Source: Pecten maximus (Eukaryota). From it: a DNA stretch of 64,000 nt. Positions within the stretch are counted from its first letter, which is position 1; the number at the start of each line of letters is the position of its first letter. The position numbers were made by a program, and so were the translations under genes. This document shows, in pieces, positions 57,101 through 64,000 of the stretch. Where the stretch lies: contig NC_047024.1 of assembly GCF_902652985.1 (NCBI RefSeq), forward strand, positions 10,478,001-10,542,000. The letters are read 5' to 3'. The notes below the pieces were generated by a model. That model had not been told where the DNA came from, made no database searches, and worked only from the letters and a program-made list of their open reading frames with translations.

Positions 57101-57357
57101 CTCAATTACTCTGGTGTCTCATATCTTCGGGCTAGCTAAGTGGTTCACCTGCTCAGTCAATTGGAGGTCCAGTGATGATTGGCAAAAGAACAATCTAGGA
57201 TTGAAAGGCGCTGACCATTTTAACCTGTCACTATCGCATTACAGTACGACTCGATAACAACATGGTACAAGCACGGCTTCCAACAATCAGCTCATTCATA
57301 AACTAATTGATTTTGTATAATAATGTAATTGTATTAGTGAAACCGTGCGTGGAATGT
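57101..57357 (-). other. Candidate first (5'UTR) exon of the prepropeptide gene
   Basis: Consensus donor GAG|gtgagt at 57101/57100, with a TATAA about 30-35 nt upstream of the inferred start. The coding exon at 36360 begins with an acceptor, so an upstream exon is required. The link between the two is inferred. Confidence 0.5.
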
Positions 57358-57650
57358 TTCTACACCAACTAAGCGCACCTGTCCCTTATATCGCACAACC
57401 GTAAAATGATTTCAGAACTTCGAAATTGTAACAGTGCCATATCGGAGAGTTTGTGAGACGGTTTGGGCATGCGTGACAGGGTTATGGTGGTGTCAGTATG
57501 CGCGGGGGTGGCTACAGTGGCTGTCAGTGTCTGTACACATCACACGTGCGACGGCAGGCTAAGCTCGCGCTCCGCTCGTGTGTGACTGCCGTGCGGACAA
57601 AGCATCGATATACTGCTGCGATCGATCGGCACTTTATGATCAGCGATGAT
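57350..57650 (-). promoter_or_regulatory. Candidate core and proximal promoter (TATAA at 57390-57386 with a GC/CpG-enriched upstream block)
   Basis: Minus strand reads gcgaTATAAgggac...gaaacattcc. The region 57460-57630 is locally GC- and CpG-rich and contains a CACGTG E-box at about 57543. Confidence 0.4.
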
Positions 57651-57793
57651 ATGGACATATAGAGGAACGGGTTGGGTTTTTACATAGCCTCCGGTTATAG
57701 TAATATAAATACGTTAACGACACCACCAAATGAACACAACGAGGATTTCGGTACCACAAACCAAGAGATGACACATCACATCAGCCTATCAAC

Positions 57794-57893
57794 NNNNNNN
57801 NNNNNNNNNNNNNNNNNNNNNNNNNNNNNNNNNNNNNNNNNNNNNNNNNNNNNNNNNNNNNNNNNNNNNNNNNNNNNNNNNNNNNNNNNNNNN
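57794..57893. other. Assembly gap (100 N)
   Basis: Run of N. A round length of 100 usually means the true size is unknown. Confidence 0.99.
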
Positions 57894-58236
57894 ACAGGGG
57901 CTAAGACCTGGCAGGTGCAAATAATCACAAATCGATAACAGCAACAGGTCGTCGACAAGGGGAGACTTGAAGGACCAAATAAATCAAAATGAACAAAACA
58001 ACAAATGTGAATTGAACTATTTCCGTTGATTTAGATAAACGATGAAGTAGATAAATTGACACATTAGTCTATCTTGGCATACGAAGTAACGTTATACTTT
58101 CAAAAGCATGCGCCCGACAAAACCTACCGAGTAAAAGATTTGATTTAATGTAAGGATAAAACGCAAACCAAATACATAATACAAAAATACTTCCAAAAAC
58201 AAAACATAAGGTAAACACGATCTGGTTCAATGTGGG

Positions 58237-59845
58237 GATAAAACCCTCACCATGGGTCTATATAAATCTACATGTACGCTGACAGATAAAACCCTCACCC
58301 ATTGGTCTATATAAATCTACATATACACTGACAGATAATACCCTCACCCATTGGACTATATAAATCGATATGTACACTAACAGATAAAACCCTCACCCAT
58401 TGGTCTATATAAATCTACATGTACACTAACAGATAAAACCCTCACCATGGGTCTATATAAATCTACATGTACGCTGACAGATAAAACCCTCACCCATTGG
58501 TCTATATAAATATATATGTACACTAACAGATAAAACCCTCACCCATTGGTCTATATAAATCTACATGTACGCTGACAGATAAAACCCTCACCATGGGTCT
58601 ATATAAATCTACATGTACGCTGACAGATAAAACCCTTACCCATGGGTCTATATAAATCTATATGAACGCTAACAGATAAAATCCTCACCCATTGGTCTAT
58701 ATAAATCTATATGTACACTAACAGATAAAACCCTCACCCATGGGTCTATATAAATCTATATGTACACTAACAGATAATACCCTCACCCATTGGTCTATAT
58801 AAATCTATATGCACACTAACAGATAAAACCCTCACCCATTGGTCTATATAAATCTACATGTACACTAACAGATAAAACCCTCACCCATTGGTCTATATAA
58901 ATCTACATGTACACTAACAGATGGAACCCTCACCCATTGGTCTATATAAATCTATATGCACACTAACAGATAAAACCCTCACCCATTGGTCTATATAAAT
59001 CTACATGTACACTAACAGATGAAACCCTCACCCATTGGTCTATATAAATCTATATGAACGCTAACAGATAAAACCCTCACCCATTGGTCTATATAAATCT
59101 ATATGTACACTAACAGATAAAACCCTCACCCATGGGTCTATATAAATCTATATGTACACTAACAGATAATACCCTCACCCATTGGTCTATATAAATCTAT
59201 ATGCACACTAACAGATAAAACCCTCACCCATTGGTCTATATAAATCTACATGTACACTAACAGATAAAACCCTCACCCATTGGTCTATATAAATCTACAT
59301 GTACACTAACAGATGGAACCCTCACCCATTGGTCTATATAAATCTATATGCACACTAACAGATAAAACCCTCACCCATTGGTCTATATAAATCTACATGT
59401 ACACTAACAGATGAAACCCTCACCCATTGGTCTATATAAATCTATATGAACGCTAACAGATAAAACCCTTACCCATTGGTCTATATAAATCTATATGTAC
59501 ACTAACAGATAAAACCCTCACCCATTGGTCTATATAAATATATATGTACACTAACAGATAAAACCCTCACCCATTGGTCTATATAAATCTACATGTACAT
59601 TAACAGATAAAACCCGCACCCATGGGTCTATATAAATCTACATGTACACTAACAGATAAAACCCTCACCCATGGGTCTATATAAATCTACAAGATAAAAC
59701 CCTCACCCATTGGTCTATATAAATCTACATGTACACTAACAGATAAAACCCTCACCCATTGGTCTATATAAATCTACATGTACACTAACAGATAAAACCC
59801 TCACCCATGGGTCTATATAAATCTACATGTACACTGACAGATACA
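58237..59845. repeat. 49-bp minisatellite, about 33 copies
   Basis: Unit cagataaaaccctcacccattggtctatataaatctacatgtacactaa. Confidence 0.97.
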
Positions 59846-60107
59846 ACCTTTCCTAAAGGAGCAGTATATTTAATTTGAAATTGTAATATGTAAGGAAGAA
59901 CGAAGTGAAAGGCGACGGGGAGGAGGTAGGTGTTGATATAGTCTTAAAGATCATACGGAAAACTTGCTTGTCCATTTTCTTGATCAGTGAAGTAGATTAT
60001 GAAAATGACACACGCGCACAGGTAAGTGATAACTTTGTTTGATAAGGCCTTAACCTACATTGCAATAACCCCTTGATACTCCATATCCTTCGATGATATA
60101 CAACTAT

Positions 60108-60251
60108 TGTAGAGAAAACTGGTGTAAAATATCACCAGTCCTCTCTAGAAGACTAATGAAATGGACTGTTAGGCTCCAGAACCAGATAATATGGCGGTTA
60201 CATTTACATGCCAATACGGTTCAGGGGAAACAACTCCATATTTTTACTACA
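60108..60251 (-). repeat. 3' LTR (144 bp)
   Basis: Plus strand tgtagagaaaactggtgtaaaatatc...tactaca. On the minus strand it directly follows the polypurine tract GGGGAGGAA (60260-60252). Confidence 0.85.
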
Positions 60252-61599
60252 TTCCTCCCCGTTTTATGAAGGTCCCTCCCTGGACCCTGTTAACTCCCTG
60301 GGAAAAGCAAGTGGGTTTTCTAACGTTCGTGGATCGAAACGCATGAAGGGCTCCAGATTCCAGGGTTGATGATCTTCCTAGGGACGACGAGGGTGTGGGC
60401 CTCCTTCAGCTAGATATAAAACTAGTTTTACTGTTTATGTCTCATGATTGGACAAGGTGCACCTTTGAACTGCTACCCACATAGAAAATTCTCTTAAAAT
60501 AACTTCTAAATTCTAAACTACTACTTTTGATATTTTGGAGAGGGATATTCATTTGAAATTAATATAACTTTCTTTATTAAATGCAATCAACTGAGTTAAG
60601 GAACAACTGTATGTGATACTGATATTGGTACAACTGGTTTTACCTGGTTTGACCATAACCTGGGGCTAAAGGAATGTTAATTATCTATTAGTTCTTAGAG
60701 AGGTTCTCCTAGGTGGGAAAAGTCCCCGCGGATCCCCGTCCTTTTGTCTAAACATTTAAGCAGCCTGCAGATATCTCGGGAAATTGAGATTGCGGTATAA
60801 ATCCTCACACCTGATCAATCTGTTGGTGTTCTGGCAGTGTGTACACTCCCAACAGACTCCCCTGTCAAACACATTTAGGAATGTCTCCGGCTGATCCCCG
60901 CTCCCTAGAGTGACCTGAAGCTCCACCAGCACTAGGATGCCGTTAACTCCAAACCATCCCTTCTGAGAGTTTGAGAATTCAAATCCCTCGTTACGTTCTA
61001 GAAAAAGATGTTATCCGCGATGCATATAGTCGGTTACATGAAGCTTAGGAAATCGCCCCTTGAGACTCTACCAATGATTAGGCCTGAACCCTACTAGGCT
61101 CTTCCCCGTTCGCGATTGCCGAGGCTAAATCCTCGACCTCCCACTGTAGGTCGTCAAACCCCTCTTACTGGGCATCCATGCTGGAAAAGAACGATGATCA
61201 ATGTTTATTGCATGACAAAGAGTATAAGAGCTAAACACAAGTTGATTAAACCCCAACATATGTTGTTATCTTACCCTCTCGTTCTGTACCCCCCAACGCC
61301 CAACCCCTTCCCAAAATACCTTAATGTATAATTAACTTATTGGGAACTATTTAGTTTGTGCATGGGCTGGTACCCACCGCGTCAATCTACAGTTTGACCG
61401 ACAGACCCGACAGACTCGACAGACCCCAGCCCTGGTTCGAATTCCCACAACACTGCGGAGCATGATCCTTTAACGCATTCTCGCGTATGGGGTCTACCGA
61501 CGCGTTTTTACGAAGCTCTGATCCCCCTCCTGGGTCCGGACCATTCTGGATCCAACACGCCAGTATTAACCCCACCACACGAAAGGCTTTAATACGCTC

Positions 61600-62118
61600 C
61601 TGTTGCGGCTCCTCATCTCCAGCCTTAGTTTTCTCGACGAACTCCACCTGTCCGTTTGAGAAGTGAGGCGACCGCATGCCGAACAACGCACGCATATTAG
61701 CTACGGAAGTCCTTATATACTGGAGGGCTTTGTGGATCGTTTTCTGATTTCTTTTCATTGCCCCTTGGGCCGCGGCTTTCTCGCAACAACCATTTAAGAA
61801 CGATTCTGTCCTTATCTTATATTGCGTGGTCTCAGCGGCATGCGCATAATCACCATTGGTTGAGGACTGAATCATCTGCGCTAATTGCTCTAGACTTTCT
61901 GTCTCCTACTGTTTTTAATACAGGAACTCGCGCAGAGCAACTACGGTGACGTTAAATACCTCTTCCATTTCCTTTTTTAAGCGACGGAAAGACAGCGTCT
62001 GTGAGAGTTTGTCTGCATACTCCAAAGCGCGTCCGCCAAGTAAGTCCTTTGTGGATTTACGCTCAGGCCACCAATTGTCTGCAACTCTACCGTCGAACTT
62101 AAGGCAATTGTTTCCCAC
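61600..62118 (-). pseudogene. gag: Retrotransposon gag pseudogene
   Basis: Track ORFs 61915..62118 and 61387..61875 are in the same frame, separated by two stops: KFDG..W...RALEYADKL...ALREFLY*KQ*ETESLEQLAQMIQ...ESFLNG...KTIHKALQYI. This fits the FDG/W and QxxxES..FL.G pattern of Gypsy capsid domains. Confidence 0.75.
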
Positions 62119-63698
62119 GTGTCTTTACCAGAATACGTTGGCATCTGTGACCTGCGGCCTTTTACTGATGGTAACCGCCTCTTCTGTCTTGGTCCGAACT
62201 GTCGCTCGAGTAATCCACGTTAGCCTCCTCCTGACTAGAACGGTTGTTCAAATCCGACGGCCCACTGTCTGATGAATCGGTACGTCTGTTTCTTCAGAGG
62301 GCGCAGCACGGATTGCGAGCATGACGCGGCCAAGGGGTCACTCGGTCAACTGAGACGTGCCGATTACCACCATCATCCCGTTTGCGCCTTTCGGGTCTGT
62401 ATTGTAAACAGAATATTTATCTACTGAACCCCTCTAGGCATAGCCTATTGGTGTCCCTCTATCTGGGTTTCTAGTTTAATATTGGAAATTTGTCAAAAAA
62501 AATCAAAAAAATCCATGTAACCTAAGAGAAGAGGGAATAATCCACCCGAGACCTACATCCGGAGTTTGTGGCTGGGATGATTAATACCCAGGGAAAGGGT
62601 TGTAAAACCACCCTGGTGACCCGATGGTATCTTGCTACCACCATTATACGGTAAATTCGTGGACTAAAAAGGGCCAGTGTCGGAGAATGCCTGGGCACAA
62701 GCAGATCTAATGCGCTGTCTGGTGACTTAGGACCTGACTGATATATAGGTGCATTACTGCATGTATATTGAATACCTTGATCTGAAAAGGCACTCCTTAA
62801 CTCAGGTTTAGTACACCTACAGGTGCTTTATCCCTGATTGGTGTATCAAAAGACATGGTTGGTTGTTCCACAAAATTCTGAATGTTAGACTTCGGTTCTG
62901 TAAAGCCCCAAGGGGTGGTGAAGACTGATTGTGGCTCCAATTGTACTCCTAAAAGGTTCACTTCGGATGATGGGGACATAGAATCTAGGTAAGGGTTACC
63001 TTGGGAATGTTGAGATTTGAAGTGTCTAATCCCCCTAATATCTCCTTTTCAACCTGGTGTTGGGCTGGGTCCCCCACATGCACTGACCCGAGGGGATAAT
63101 GCTGACTTCACACCGGTTGTACATGATCATATATGTAATGACTACCACCGGATTAAACATAACACCAAGAAACATGAAAGCAAACATGTTTTCAAACCTA
63201 AACTAGCCTTACAACTACCCTAACACTAATTTCTAACATTAAACAACCACTCTCACTAACTAACCCTACGCTACGTACGAGCGATTATAGTACTCCTCTC
63301 TACACCATCAAGATGTAAATGGGCGGCCCACAGCACAGGAGTACAAACGTACAAAAATAAAACTATCTAAAGTAAATAATCTTGTGAAAAAAACTAAAGC
63401 AATTGTATAATCTTATACCCGTCTTTTGTATGCTCCCAAAATGCTCCCAAAAAATGTATCATAACAACGCATTTTTTTTGTTGGAACGGTTATGTAACCG
63501 TTTAAACCTAAGCAAGCCTACAAATATTTATGAAAAAGCAACTAAATGTTATTTCTAGGTGTCGCTAAGAGTCGTGGATAGCACGTGCAGTGCGGTCAGA
63601 CGAGTCGTGGCAAGATGGCGCGAACACGTGCTTGCCGGAACACAACGACACTCAGACACAAAAACATGAAAAAACAAAATTCGGTGTGAAATTCTCAC

Positions 63699-63712
63699 AC
63701 ACTCTGACACCA
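63699..63712 (-). other. Primer-binding site, tRNA-Leu-like (TGGTGTCAGAGTG)
   Basis: Begins 1 nt after the 5' LTR terminal CA. Resembles the TGGTGTCAGAAGTG tRNA-Leu PBS of many Gypsy elements, with a 1-nt deletion. Confidence 0.75.
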
Positions 63713-63713
63713 G

Positions 63714-63886
63714 TGTAGAGAAAACTGGTGTGAAATATCGCTAGTAGAAGACTAAAGAAATGAATCTTAGAACCAGAACCAGACAATACGGAGAATATAT
63801 TTACACATCTTCAAGACTCGAGAGTTGCAATTAAGAGCACGGAAAGCGGGTTTCAATCAGGGAGATACTGCCCGATGGTCACTACA
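63714..63886 (-). repeat. 5' LTR (about 173 bp)
   Basis: Plus strand tgtagagaaaactggtgtgaaatatc...actaca. Shares tagaagactaa.gaaatg and ccagaaccaga.aata with 60108-60251. Confidence 0.8.
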
Positions 63887-64000
63887 ATACCACAAACAAA
63901 GTATACAAAAACAAAATCATAACAATATTCGAGCCTGTGTCAACATCAAAATTTTAATCTGATTTTTATCTTACATGCACTGTTTAATTTCAATCAGGGA

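Larger units (their letters stand above)
60108..63886 (-). mobile_element. Degenerate, internally deleted Ty3/Gypsy-like LTR retrotransposon
   Basis: Two related direct repeats each bounded by TGTAG...CTACA (60108-60251 and 63714-63886). A PBS abuts one and a PPT abuts the other, with a decayed gag between them. No recognisable RT, RNase H or integrase core in the 3.46-kb interior. Confidence 0.85.

Noticed and set aside
6226-59845. CRISPR-like appearance of the 29-54-bp repeat arrays
   Set aside because: The units are head-to-tail with no unique spacers, there are no cas genes, and the context is eukaryotic.

Overview
This is AT-rich, repeat-dense animal genomic DNA, not prokaryotic. The repeat style suggests a bivalve mollusc, possibly a scallop (inference). 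No long genuine ORF is present; the long ORFs in the track are translations of tandem repeats. Reading splice signals on the minus strand reveals one gene the ORF track misses. Three phase-compatible GT-AG coding exons (36205-36358, 9281-9415, 4223-4287) join into a 117-aa protein: signal peptide, then RR-flanked peptide ELDIAALRSRFHGSSDMRWN, then KR, then a C-terminal canonical EF-hand (DINENGCIDRLE) split across the last intron. There is a candidate TATA promoter and 5'UTR exon near 57.1-57.4 kb and a candidate alternative last exon at 26.7 kb. About 17 distinct minisatellite arrays total roughly 18 kb (close to 30% of the window); all but one lie in the predicted introns. Also present: a CR1/L2-type LINE RT fragment, a 164-bp RTE-related insertion with a 9-bp TSD, MITE/SINE remnants, a 100-N gap, and an internally deleted Ty3/Gypsy LTR element (60108-63886, minus) with PBS, PPT and a decayed gag. 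Repeat boundaries are approximate (about +/-20 bp); exon boundaries were read base by base.
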